Below, piece after piece: positions 13,501 to 24,933 of a DNA stretch of 64,000 nucleotides. Source of the stretch: Mustelus asterias (lineage: Eukaryota); NCBI RefSeq assembly GCF_964213995.1, contig NC_135823.1:558001-622000 (forward strand), given 5' to 3'. Position 1 is the stretch's first letter; each line of letters begins with the position of its first letter. The notes under the pieces were generated by a model. The model was given only the letters and a program-made list of their open reading frames with translations, did not search any database and was not told the origin of the DNA. A program made the position numbers and the translations under genes.

Positions 13501-16500
13501 AAAGGATCTTCACTTAAACCTGTGGTTGTGCCCCCGGTTCCAGCTCTTCCTACTAGTGGAAACATCCCCTCCACGTCCATTCTATCCAGGCCTCGCAGTA
13601 TCCTGTAAGTTTTAATAAGATGCCCCCTCATCCTTCTAGACTCCAACGAGTACAGATCCAGAGCCCCCAACCGTTCCTCATACGACAAGTTATTCATTCC
13701 AGGGATCATTCTTGTGAACTTCCTCTCGACACTTTCCACGGCCAACACATCCTTCCTTAGATATGAAGAAAGCATAATAGAAAAATCTTATTTATGAACA
13801 GAATCATAGAAGGATAATGTCCAGGAAGAATCTAGTCGGCTCATCCTTCCAATTTTCCCTCTTTGATTGTCCCAACTCCAACTCCTCGTATCACCCATGG
13901 TCCTGGAAACTAATGCCCATCAAGTATTTGCTCAATTCTCCTTTTTGGAAATTCCAATTGATCTGTGCACACCATCTTTTCCAGACCCTCGTTCCAGATC
14001 CCTAAACGCCATTGTGTAAAAATAACCATCAGAGCATTGAGTACAGGAGTTGGGGCGTTATGTTACAACTGTACAAGACACCAGGAAGGCCACATCTGGA
14101 GTACTGCGTATAATTCTGGTCGCCCTGCGTCAGGACGGATGCTATTAAACTGGGAACGGTGCACAAAACGATTTACAATGATGTTACCGGGACTGGAAGG
14201 TTTGAATTATAAGCAGAGGCTGGACAAGCTGGGAGCTTTTTTCCTGAGTGTAGGAAGATGAGGGGTGACCTTGTAGAAATGTATAAAATCATGAGATGCA
14301 TAGATAAGGTGAGTAGCCAATGTCTTTTCCTCAGGACAGGGGAGTCCAAACCTAGAGGGGATAGATTTAAAGTGAGAGGGGAAAGATTGGAAAGAGAGGT
14401 GAGGGACAAGTTTTTCCACACAGAGGGTGGTGCATGTTTGGAATGAGCTGCCAGAGGAGGCGGTAGAGGTGGGAAGAATTAAAACATTTAAAAGACATTT
14501 GAACAGGTACCTGGATGGGAAAGGATTAGACGGATATGGGTCAAACGCTGGCAAATTGGACTAGTTCAGATTAGGAAGCCTGGTCAACATAGCTGAGATG
14601 GGCAGAAGGGCCTGTTTCGGTGCTGTATATCTCTCTGACTCGATGTCTCCCTCTCGCTCTTTGTACCAATCATATTCAGTCTCTGCCCCCTTGGTTACTG
14701 ACCCTACTGTCAATGGAAAGGATTCTCAGTTATTTTACTAATCAAATGCTCTCATGTTTGGAACTTCGAATAAATGTCTTAACCTTGATTGCTCGAAGGA
14801 GTACAAGCCCAGCTCCTCCCTTCTCTCCACTTTAACTGAATTCGCTTATTCCCAGTACCACCCTGGTAATTCTGCTTTGTGTCTCCTCCAAGCGTTTGAT
14901 ATTCTTCCCAAAATATGGTGCTCGCAACTGAAGACAATGCTATTAACGTGGCTAACCAATGATTCGAATATATTTAAATTAACGTCCTCGCTTGATTTCT
15001 CAACTTTAAAAGTTCAGGATACATGCTTATTTCTTCAACAGCCTCTTGAGTTTATCCTTCCATGTGCCAAGATTTATGGAATCTCAGAATGATTGCTGCA
15101 CACACGGAAACCATTTAGCTGGTGCTGGAAAGACGGAGGCTGAGGGAGATCTGATAGAAGAAGTTTATAAAATTATGAGAGCCATTGATGAGGTGAAGAG
15201 TTAGAAGCCTTTTCCGGAGGGCAGAAATGACAATTACAAGGGGGCACAATTTCAAAGTAAGGGGGAAATGTTTAGTGGAGATGTGCGGGGGAAGTGTTTT
15301 ACACAGGGGTGGTGAGGCCCTGGAATGCACTGCGATATGAGGTGGTTGAGGCAGACACGTTAGCGACATTTAAGACGTATTTGGATAGACACATGATCGT
15401 GGGTGGGCCGGGGGGGGGGGGGGGGGGAGGGGGGGCGGGGGGGGGGGGGGGGTGAGGGATACAGGCGGTTGGTCTAGATAGTACAACGTGATCCGTGCAT
15501 GTTGATGGACCGAAGGGTAGTTTCTGTGCTGTACTATTCTTTGTTGCTTGATATCTGCACTACAGGTCTGCAAGAACAACTAAGTCACATTCCTCTAACA
15601 TTCCCCTCGACCTTGCTTTTTTTACCCAACCCATTTAATTATCCAATTCGCTGTGGGCAGCCTCGAGTGATTGGGCCTCCAGTGCAGTTCCAGATACCGC
15701 ATTTCACATCCTCACCATTCGCTGCGCATTAAATGGCAGAATGAAAAAAGATGAAGTGGAAGTTAATTGGTGGAGGCGTTGCCATGGGCACCAGTGGAAA
15801 TGGTCGAGAGCTTTAGGTTTCTAGGTGTTCACATTACCAACAACCTTCCCTGGTCTCTCCACGCCGACGCTATAGTTAAGAAAGTCCACCAATGCCTTCA
15901 CTTTCTCAACAGTTGAAGGAAATTTGGACTTTCCGTTACGCCTCTCACCAATTTTCACAGATGCAGTATAGAAAACATCCTTTAGGGATGTATCACAGCA
16001 TGGTATGGCTCCTGCTCTATCCAAGTCCACAAGAATCTACAATGGGTTGTGAACGAAGTCCAATCCTATCACGCAAACCTGCCTCCCATCCATTGACTCC
16101 ATCTACACTTCCCACTGCCTCGGAAAAGCGGCCACCATCATCAAGAACCCCATTCTCCCCGGACATTCTCTCTTCCACCTTCTTCCGTAGGGAAAAATAA
16201 ATAAAATTTTGAGGTGACGTATCAATCCACTCAAGAACAGCTTCTTCCTTGCTGCATCAGACTTTTGAATGGAATTACCATATATTAAGTTGATCATTCT
16301 CGACATGTTAGCTATGACTGTAGCACGAGATTCTACACACTCCACTTTCCTTTTCCCCATGTACTCTATAAATGTGTGCTTTGTCTGTGTAGCACGCAAT
16401 ATACAATACTTTTCACTGCATCCCAATACATGTGACAATAATAAATCAAATCTATATACTCTATGAACGGTATGCTTTGTCTCTATATCGTGCAAGATAC

Positions 16501-19500
16501 AAAACTTTTCACTGTATCCCAATACATGTGACAATAATAAATCAAATCAAATCTATGTCCTCTACAAGCGGTATGCTTTGTTTGTATAGCGCACAAGAAA
16601 CAACAATTTTCACTGTGTCCCAACACATGTGACAATAATAAAGCAAATCAAATCTATGTCCTCTCCAAGCGGTCTGCTTTGTCTGTATAGCGCACAAGAA
16701 ACAACAATTTTCACTGTGTCCCAATACATGTCACAATAATAAAGCAAATCACATCTATGTACTCAATAAACGGTATGCTTTGTCTGTATAGCGCGCAACA
16801 AACAACACTTTTCAATTTATCCCAATACATGTGACAGTAATAAATCAAATCAAATCTATGTACTCTATAAACGGTATGCTTTCTCTGTGTAGCGCTCAAG
16901 AAACAATACTTTTCACGGTATCCTAATACATGTGACAATAACAAATCAAATCAAATCTATGTACTCTATAAACAGTATGCGTTGTCTGTATAGCGCACAA
17001 GAAACAATACTTTCCACAGTAGCCCAATACATGTGAAAATAATAAATCAAATCAAGTCAAATCAAGTCGATGGGGACTGACATTTCACGGTCATTCATGC
17101 CGCCATTGTTTCTTTTGCCAATCTATTTAAGTTGATGCCCCCTGGTTCTTGGCCCTCTCCGCCTTTGAGAATCGTTTCATCTTCGCTGCTCTGTCCAGAT
17201 AATTCACGATTTTCGCCACACTTCTCACATCTCCTCTTACCCTTCAGCTATTTCAGCAAACCAGCCCTCGCTTGTCAACGCTGTCCAGTTGACTGTAGTT
17301 CCTCATCTTTATGACCATTTAGTGAATTTTTTTTCTGCACTCTCTTCATATTTCTCATAAATAGTGGTGCTATTAACTGAACACAGTTAAGACAGAATCA
17401 GAATTCTACAAATGTTTAGCTGTTGATTTGATGTATCATTATTGTCACATCTATTGGTATGGAGTGAAACGTATTGTTTCTTGTGCACTATGCATACAAC
17501 ACATACATTTCAGAGCGTACATCGATTTGATTTGATTTGGTTTGATTTATTGTTGTCACACCTTTTGGGATACAGTGAAAAACATTCCCTCTTTCGCGCT
17601 ACAGAGACAAAACATACCGTTCATAGAGTACATAGGGGATAAATAAATGAGAGGATGCAGAATATATTGTCACCTTCATAGCGAGGGAGTAGAGGAAGAT
17701 CAGCTTGATATAAGGTAAAAGCAAAATACTGCGGATGCTGGAATCTGACAGAAAAATAGAAAATACTGGAAAATCTCAGCAGGTCTGAGGGGACAGAATA
17801 GAACCAAAGTTTCGAGTCTAGATGACTTTTAGTCAGAGCTTTGAAGAAGGGTCATCCAGACTCGAAATGGTGGCTCAATTCTCTACTCACAGATAGCGTC
17901 AGACTTTCTGAAATTTTCCATCATTTTCTGGTTTGGTACAAAGTATATCCATTCAAACGTCTGATGGCAGCCAGGGAGAAGCTGTTCTTGAGTCAAACTT
18001 TTGTAACTATTTCCCGACGAAAGAAGGTGGAAGAGATAATGTCCTCGATTATGCTGGCAGCTTTTCTAAGGCAGCGAGAAGTGTCGACTTGCTTCACTCC
18101 TTTTCGATTCTGTGACTCGATTTCGAAATCTCTGGATCTTCTGTGCTTTCCTAACAGCCTGTCATCTCCAATGATTTCCAGGTGACAGCATGGTCGTGCA
18201 GTGGTTAGCAGTGCTGCCTCACAGCGCCAGGGAACCACGTTCGATTCCCGCCTTGGGTCCCTGTCCGTGTGCTGTTAGCACATTTCCCCCCTCTCTCCAT
18301 GTCTTTCCTTCGGGTGCTCTGCTTTCCTCCCACAGTCCAAAGATGGGCAGGTTAGTTGGATTGGGCATACTAAATTGCCCCTTAGTATCCATCAATGTGT
18401 GATCTAATTGGATTGGCCAAGCTAAATTGCCCCTTAGTGTGCAGCAATGTGAGGTTTAGATGGACTAGCCATGCTAAATTGCCCCTTAGTTGTCCTGAAT
18501 GCCCATGTTAGGTAGATTTATCGTGCTAAATCGCCCCTCAGTGTCGCAAGATGTGTCGGTTAGAGGGATTTGCGCGTTAAATACGTGGGGTTACGGGGAT
18601 AGGGCCTGGGTAAGATGAGAGTCGGTGAAGACTTGATGAGTTAAATATCCTCCTTCTGCACTGTAGGATTGTATGATTTGTATAGATTCGCGGCCAGGTA
18701 ATTATTTACCGTGTGACGGGAGAGTTGGAATCGTTTCCAACAATCCAAGTTCAATATTTGCTCTTCATTCATGTAAAAGAGAAGCATTGGGGAAGTATCC
18801 ATTCAGCCCATCGAGCTGACTTCCATAAGATCATGGCTGATTAATAATGATATATAAAGTTACTGACATCACGATGCAAAATTTAAATGTATCTTATGTG
18901 TGAGGAGATAGTTACAAATTGATCAATCGGCTTTCTGGAGCAAAGTGAGGTAAATTAATTCACCGCCCTTCTGGGCAAAGATGTTAATTTCACCTCTTGT
19001 CTATAGTCTGTTTGTGAGATGCTTGCAGTGTAGAACTGATCTCACCTCCGTTCCTAGATTAACTTCCCGAAAAGGAAGGTGGGAGTAAATAATAAACTTC
19101 AAAAGGGAAGTCATTTCTTGACATGAAGGAGAAAGTTTGAAAGGGCTATGGGTAAAATGGTGGGCAGAATAGCATCGCTGTTTCGAAGAGCGAGTCTCGG
19201 CATATGGGCTGAATGAGATCTTTCTGAGAATCTTTGAGAATCTCAAAGATTTTTACATGTTTTCAGAAATATAAAGCGAAACGGGGAAGTGTGTATCAAA
19301 CACGAACCTATTCTGGGCAGGTGCAATCCAATGCAGTCTGACATATTTTAACAATTGAACGCACACACACGCTCAGACATATATCGATACACACACGCTG
19401 AGATAAATATTTATCCACACACACATACGCTCAGATATATAACCATATAGAAACGCTCAGATATTTATGTATACACAAATATAGACAAACACGCACCGAT

Positions 19501-21826
19501 ATTTCTCTATTCGTACACATTTACACACACACGCTCAGATATTTATCCATACATGCACATAGACATACAACATGCTCAGATATTTATCTATACACACACA
19601 TAGACACATACTCGGCTCAGATATTTACCTATACACAGACATAGACACACACATGCTCAGATATTTATCTATACACACATGCAAGCTCAGATATATATCT
19701 ATATATACGCGCTCAGTCCTATAACATTATCAACTCACGCTCAGATATTTATCTATATACACACACTCAGATATATAACTATATACACACACAAGCTCAG
19801 ATAGTTATCCGTATATACACGTTCAGATGTATGAGTAGAAATTCCGACGTTCAGATATATATGCATACACAAACGTCTAAGTCTTAGATCACCTACCAAC
19901 AGACTCAAGACAGCTTCTTCCATGCTACCATCAGGCTTTTGAATGGACCTACTTTATAATAAGCTAATCTTTCTCTAAATGCTAGCTATGACTGTAAGAC
20001 TACATACTGCACCCTCTCCTTTCATTCTCCCCTATGGACTCCATGAACGTCATGCTTCGTCTGTATAGTACGCAAGAAACTATACTTTTCACTGTATACT
20101 AATGCATGTACAATAATAAATCAAATGAAATCAAACGCACATACGCTCAGGGATATATNNNNNNNNNNNNNNNNNNNNNNNNNNNNNNNNNNNNNNNNNN
20201 NNNNNNNNNNNNNNNNNNNNNNNNNNNNNNNNNNNNNNNNNNNNNNNNNNNNNNNNNNNNNNNNNNNNNNNNNNNNNNNNNNNNNNNNNNNNNNNNNNNN
20301 NNNNNNNNNNNNNNNNNNNNNNNNNNNNNNGAGGATCTACTGAATTAATCCAATTGCCTCTAAAGTTGAATATAATCCTTCAATGTACAGAGTAGCATCT
20401 CACCTTTCCATTTTTCAGTTGCTTTGGGATTCGACACACTCTTCGTCCAATATTCCCCTGGATACCCCAGTTGAACAATACAAGTGCAGACAGCGCCGCT
20501 TTTCCAGGTTACCCCCGACACCATGACATGACTTCTGATGCTGTAGGTCCCGTCCCCCTCCATTGTCCCGGAATCACTCGATCCTTCAGTGACCATGCCG
20601 GAAATATTCCAGGAAACAGCAATCTGGTTGGAAGAAACTCCACTGACCAAACACACTAAGGGCACGGTATCATTCACATCCAGCTCAGCCGGCGGGACAA
20701 ATACCTGCAAAGCCATCTTGTTGGTGGAACTGTCTGGACAGAGATTTGGACACAGTTACCGATTTATTTATACCAAATGGTATTGTTGTGCACAATCCGA
20801 ATTCATTTCATTTGCTCTCTTACCTCCAACCAGTAGTGTGGGTCCATTCCGGAGCGTTGCATAGCCAGCCTTTTCAGCACAGTAGTAGGAACCCGTGTCA
20901 TTCACCTGGACATTGCGAATTTCCAGTATCAATTCACGCTTGCCTTGACCTTTTTTAGAAATAAACTTACAACCGTTCCCCTGCCAGGATTGGATGTCGA
21001 TTAGTTTCGGGATTTCACCAACTCGTTGTTTGTACCAGCAATAGCGAGCCACCAATTCCACCTCGTATGTGTGGTGACAGGTTAAATTCACCGTCTGGCC
21101 GACTTCAGCTGTCATTGTGAAGGGCCTTTGAGGTAGAGAGGGCTCAGAATCTGTAACTAGGGAGATTATTGACACATTACCACACATTATTTCGACATAG
21201 GAAGCAGCGGTTGAAAAAAAATCGCCTATAAATTAAGAACGATCTCATTAATGTCTTCAAAAGTACTTCCTTAGATTTATGTCCCAATTTGTGTTTTCTT
21301 CGCTTGAAAGGAGAAAACAGAAAAAAAAAACAAAATCCCTTCTAATGATCAATAAGTCGCATTTGCATTGCTGTAGCCAGGCGGCATGGTGGTTGTCACC
21401 ACTGCATCACAGTGCTCGGGACCCGGGTTCAATTCCTGGCTTGGGTCACTGTCTGTGCATGCTCTCCCCGTGTCTGCGTGAGAGTTTCCTCCCAGTCCGA
21501 AAGCTGTGCTGGTTAGGTGCATTGGCCGTGCTAAATTCTCCCTCACTGTGCCCGCATAGGCACGTGAGTGTGGCGACGAGGGGATTTTCACCGTAACTTC
21601 ATTGCAGTGTCGATGGAAAAGTAAAGTTTATTTATTAGTGACAAGTAAGGCTTTCATTAACACTGCAATGAAGTTACTGTGAAATTCCCCTGGAAGCCGG
21701 CTTGTGACACGAATGCTTAAACACTAATTTGGCTGATGGCAATTTAAATGTCTCACCTGGCACATACTCACCATAAACCCACAACAGTTGGGGAATGAGT
21801 GTCAGGGATAAAGATTGTTGGGGCAT
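10313..21826 (-). CDS. Gene A: non-rearranging VJ-C1-TM immunoglobulin-superfamily receptor with ITIM-like tail. Exons 21826-21772, 21156(or 21150)-20824, 20733-20404, 12976-12875, 12772-12742, [12679-12647 optional], 12516-12470, 10545-10496, 10390-10313
   Basis: All introns are GT-AG with compatible phases (1,1,1,1,2,2,1,0) and the spliced frame has no stop. The product reads leader MPQQSLSLTLIPQLLWVY, V, C1, TM, then a tail ending SQGGPLYASLDLFALEKKSKKKNRK*. Confidence 0.85.
10660..10950 (-). mobile_element. HE1-type V-SINE. Other copies at about 9350-9600(+), 21380-21700(+), 22270-22577(-), 31935-32162(-), 40198-40460(+), 40900-41083(-), 52445-52740(+)
   Basis: tRNA-like head followed by the V-domain core TTCTCCCCGTGTCTGCGTGGGTTTCCTCCGG...CCCACAGTCC. 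Confidence 0.85.
11530..12085 (+). mobile_element. CR1 3' fragment in a gene A intron
   Basis: Decayed EYCVQFW / LYSLEFRR-type sequence and CR1 tail. Confidence 0.8.
12470..12772 (-). CDS. Gene A small cytoplasmic exons (12772-12742, 12679-12647, 12516-12470)
   Basis: Each has a pyrimidine-AG acceptor and a gtgagt or gtaagt donor. They read GDRDIGSHNET / PVSIRNLIPAV / FSERRQGEGRKGRPM. The middle exon is symmetric (2-2) and follows only a 62-nt intron, so it is uncertain. Confidence 0.65.
12875..12976 (-). CDS. Gene A exon 4, stalk plus transmembrane helix
   Basis: ctctatag| (E)WCRQTISVGITVLVILILLLVLISIWSCKNGSS G|gtgag; 102 nt, phase 1-1, no charged residue in the helix. Confidence 0.88.
13245..15545. 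mobile_element. Several CR1 3' fragments: about 13245-13765(-), 14030-14640(+), 15125-15545(+)
   Basis: RGDL.E.YKI and FFTQRVV-type motifs with CR1 tails. Confidence 0.8.
15770..17065 (+). mobile_element. Rex1/Babar 3' fragment ending in about 7 tandem copies of a ~101-bp tail unit
   Basis: Units begin near 16359, 16450, 16552, 16653, 16754, 16855, 16956 (TCTATGTACTCTAT...GACAATAATAAATCAAATCAAA). Confidence 0.9.
17440..18085 (-). mobile_element. Rex1/Babar tail fragment interrupted by a Penelope-derived foldback element (about 17716-17935)
   Basis: Rex sequence resumes at about 17948; the insert is an imperfect inverted repeat. Confidence 0.7.
18185..18680 (+). mobile_element. HE1 SINE with about 4 tandem ~60-bp internal units
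   Basis: Repeated GGATTGGCC..GCTAAATTGCCCCTTAGTG. Confidence 0.85.
19360..20158. repeat. ~40-bp minisatellite (ACACACGCTCAGATATTTATCTATAC-like) with an inserted Rex tail (about 19880-20135), running into N gap 20159-20330
   Basis: More than 10 copies of the GCTCAGATAT core. Confidence 0.85.
20404..20733 (-). CDS. Gene A exon 3, C1-set domain
   Basis: Motifs VFVPP, PLVCLVSG, VSWN, DGTYSIRSHVMV and TWKSGAVCTCIV; 330-nt phase 1-1 exon (ctgtccag| ... G|gtgag); 90-nt intron to the V exon. Confidence 0.95.
20824..21156 (-). CDS. Gene A exon 2, V-set domain with joined J-like G strand
   Basis: Motifs GQTVNLTC, CWYKQ, LEIRNVQVNDTGSYYC and LRNGPTLLVG; acceptor ctccctag (alternative in-frame acag at 21150); donor G|gtaag. 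Confidence 0.95.
21772..21826 (-). CDS. Gene A exon 1, leader peptide
   Basis: aaaATG start, MPQQSLSLTLIPQLLWVY, then G|gtgagt phase-1 donor about 600 bp upstream of the V exon. Confidence 0.8.
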
Positions 21827-22579
21827 TTTGCAGAGGTGAGCAATATCTCCCTGTTTCCACTCGCACCAGTTTGTTTTTGCTGAGCTGTCAAGGACTGACC
21901 GGTCCAAGTTAATTGTTGCACTTTCAGAAACTATGACAGGAGGCACAATGGAAAGTATGACACGGTGCTGGGGGCATTGCCCTTCCGAATTCCACATGCA
22001 TTTGACGCACTGTTGTCACCGCCTACGTGTCACAATGGTCAATAGATAGAATATCCACACAGAGCTTGACTAGTTTGTCGTTCCGAGGTAATAACAAGCT
22101 AATCATAGTGGGGATGTATGCTGAATATGTAAGTTAAAGTTTACTTTATTGTCAGGGTGTGAGGTATGGCGCCTTAGTTTAGAAGGATGGGAGCGGGGAT
22201 CTCACTGAAACTGACAGAATACTGAGAAGACTGGGTAGAGTGGACGTGAAAAAGATGTTCACAGTAGAATGGAATAGAATCACCACAGTGCAGAAGGAGA
22301 CAATTTAGTCCATCAAGCCTGCAGTGGTAATAACCCCACCCACGTCATATCCCCGTAACGCCATGTTATACTCCGAGCCCCCTGACACCAAGGGCAATTT
22401 ATCATAGCCAATCCAACTAACCCATACATCTTTGAACTGTGGGACGAAACCGGAGCACGCGCAGGATTCCCATGCAGACACGGGGAGAATGTGCAAGCTC
22501 CACACATCACCCAAGACCTGAATTGAACCCGTGTCCCTGGTGCTGTGAGGCATCAGTGCTAACCACTCTGCCACCGTCC

Positions 22580-24495
22580 ATTCGTAGGAGCGACTAGGCT
22601 CCGAGTGCACAGGTTCAGAGTAAAGAGTTGACCCTTCAGCACCGAGATGAGAAGGAATTCCTTCAGCCAGAGAGTCGTTAATCTGTGGAATTCATTACCA
22701 CAGAAGGCCGTGGAGGCCAATTCATTGAGTGTATTTAAGACAAAGCTAGATTGGTTCTTGATTGGGAAGCGGTTCAAAGGTTTAGGGGGAAAAGGCGGAA
22801 GAATGGGGTTGAGAAACATATCAGACATCGATGGGCAGAATGGCATAATTATGGGCCTTTTTCCTATGGCCTTATGGCTCGGCCAGCATTTATTAACCAT
22901 CTCTATGGGCCGATTGATTGCTGGTGTTTAGTTGTCTTCTTAGAACATACAGCATATATCATAGAAGTGTACAGAACTGGAACAGGCCCCTTGACCCTCG
23001 ATGTTGTGCTGAACATGACAACAAATTAAACTAATCATTTCTACCTGCCCTTGGTCCATATCCCTCTATTTCTTGCATATTCATGCCCTTATCTAAAAGC
23101 CCTTAAACGCCCCTATCGCATCTGCCTCCAACACCATGCCAGACAGCGTGTTCCAGAAACCTACAATCCTCGGTGTAAACAATTTGCTCCTCACATCTCC
23201 TGTGAACTTTCCCCGTCTCACCTTAAGTGCGTGCCGCCTCGTATTTGATATTTCAAATCTGCGAGAAAAAGGATTTTGACTGCCAACACTATCGATGACT
23301 ATCATAATTTTATAGACTTCTTTCAGGTCTCCCCCCAGCCTTCACTGCTCCAGAGCAAATAACTTCTGCACCTTCTCTGTGGCAGTCCATGTGCTCCACC
23401 AAAAGCGCTACATAAGGAGCGAGGTCCACCATTTTGACCTCGCTGTAGCGAAGGAACGGCGATAAATTTCCAACATATTGTCTCTGATTTGGAGGGGAGC
23501 TTGATAGCGATGGTGTCCCCATGCGTCTGCTCTCTTTGTCCTTCTCGGTGAATAAGGTATGGATTTCCAAAGTGAATGACAGGAATATAGATTGAATGTA
23601 ATAGTACACACTATGAGCCATTCTGAAAAGAAATGCTTTATTTTCGCAATTATTGACATAGAAACATAGGCAATATAAGCAAGAGGATCTCTTTGGCTCC
23701 AAGAGCTATTTCTTCTAATTCCTCTAATTCCTTCTAATTACAAACTTGAAATCTTTGGCTTCAACAACTTTCTGTGGTCGTGAATTTCACACATTGGCCA
23801 CTCTCTGGGTGAAGAAATTTCTCTCCACCGAAGTTCTAAATGGTTCACCCCTGATCCTCAAACAATGACCTCTCGTTCTGGACTCCCCCAAAATCAGGAA
23901 CATTCTTTCTGAATCAACCCTGTCTAAACATGTTGGAATTTTATAAGTTACAATGAGATCCCCTCTCACTCTCCTACACTCTGAAGAATGCAATCCTAAC
24001 CGACTTAATCTCTGCTCACATGACGGACCAATTATCCCAGGAATCAGTTTGGTAAACCTTCGCTGTCCTCTCTGTGTTGCAAGGACATCCTTCCCTCAGA
24101 TAAGGACAAAACAAAATTGTACACGACACTCAAGGTTTATTTTTGAAATCACATAACGCTTTGGCCTCAACTACTTTCTGTGGGAGTGAATTCCACACAT
24201 TCACCACCTTCTGGGTGAACAAATTTCCCCTCTTCTCAGTCCGAAAACTGGGACGGCACGGTAGCACAGTGGTGAGCAAGAAGAAATCAAAATCTATGTA
24301 CTCTACGAACGGTGTGTTTTGTCTGGAAATTACGTTGAACGTAATATTTTTCAATGTGTCCCAATACACGTGACAATGATACATCCAATCAATGTACTTT
24401 ATTAACGGTATGTTTTGTCTGTGTACCACCCAAGAAACAATATTTTTCACTGTATCCCAATACATATGACAATCATAAATCAGATCAGGTCAAAT
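22580..24495. mobile_element. Nested CR1 fragments (about 22580-22875 +, 22960-23360 -, 23750-24240 -) and a doubled Rex tail (about 24290-24495 +)
   Basis: RRNSFSQRVVNLWNSLP and RGDLI motifs; Rex tail unit twice. Confidence 0.8.
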
Positions 24496-24933
24496 CAAAT
24501 TCTGCCGATGGTTGAAGTAAATTTCCCCAACTCAGCATTGCATGGAACTAGAACTTTCAGACTGTGGTTACCACTTGATTGAGAGGTTGGGAACAGAGAG
24601 TGAAGACAAAAATATTGCCGGGTTATGGGGAGTATCTTCATCAGTGAAGATTTGAGGTATATTTGTCCTTTGACCATATTTAATAATGGTTCAGATGAAA
24701 GATTAGAGAGTTGTATATTGGTGATTTTGTCAGTTCAGAGGGGATGTGAAGTCGTGGAGGGCGGGAACGATAAGTTCCAAACGGACTCGTACAAGTTGTG
24801 AGCGAGCTGATCTTTTGTGGGGGTCGGGGTGATGTTGGGAGACAGACTTTGTACACTATTCTGTTCCCGTGGTCCTGGAGTAAGTCCAGAAAGTTCTGCG
24901 ATGGAATAATCATGTCTGTCAACAGGTCATAGA

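Noticed and set aside
16350-17065. CRISPR-like regularly spaced repeats (also 38690-39110)
   Set aside because: Eukaryotic context, whole units repeat without unique spacers, and they derive from LINE or SINE sequence.
20360-21187. Calling the V and C1 ORFs a rearranging TCR/Ig locus or a germline-joined IgL
   Set aside because: No heptamer-spacer-nonamer RSS was seen next to the V, J is fused, and C1 has a splice donor leading to TM and tyrosine-motif exons rather than a terminal Cys and stop.
24253-24275. CACAGTG heptamers as possible RSS
   Set aside because: They occur inside HE1 SINE heads (TAGCACAGTGG) with no properly spaced nonamer.
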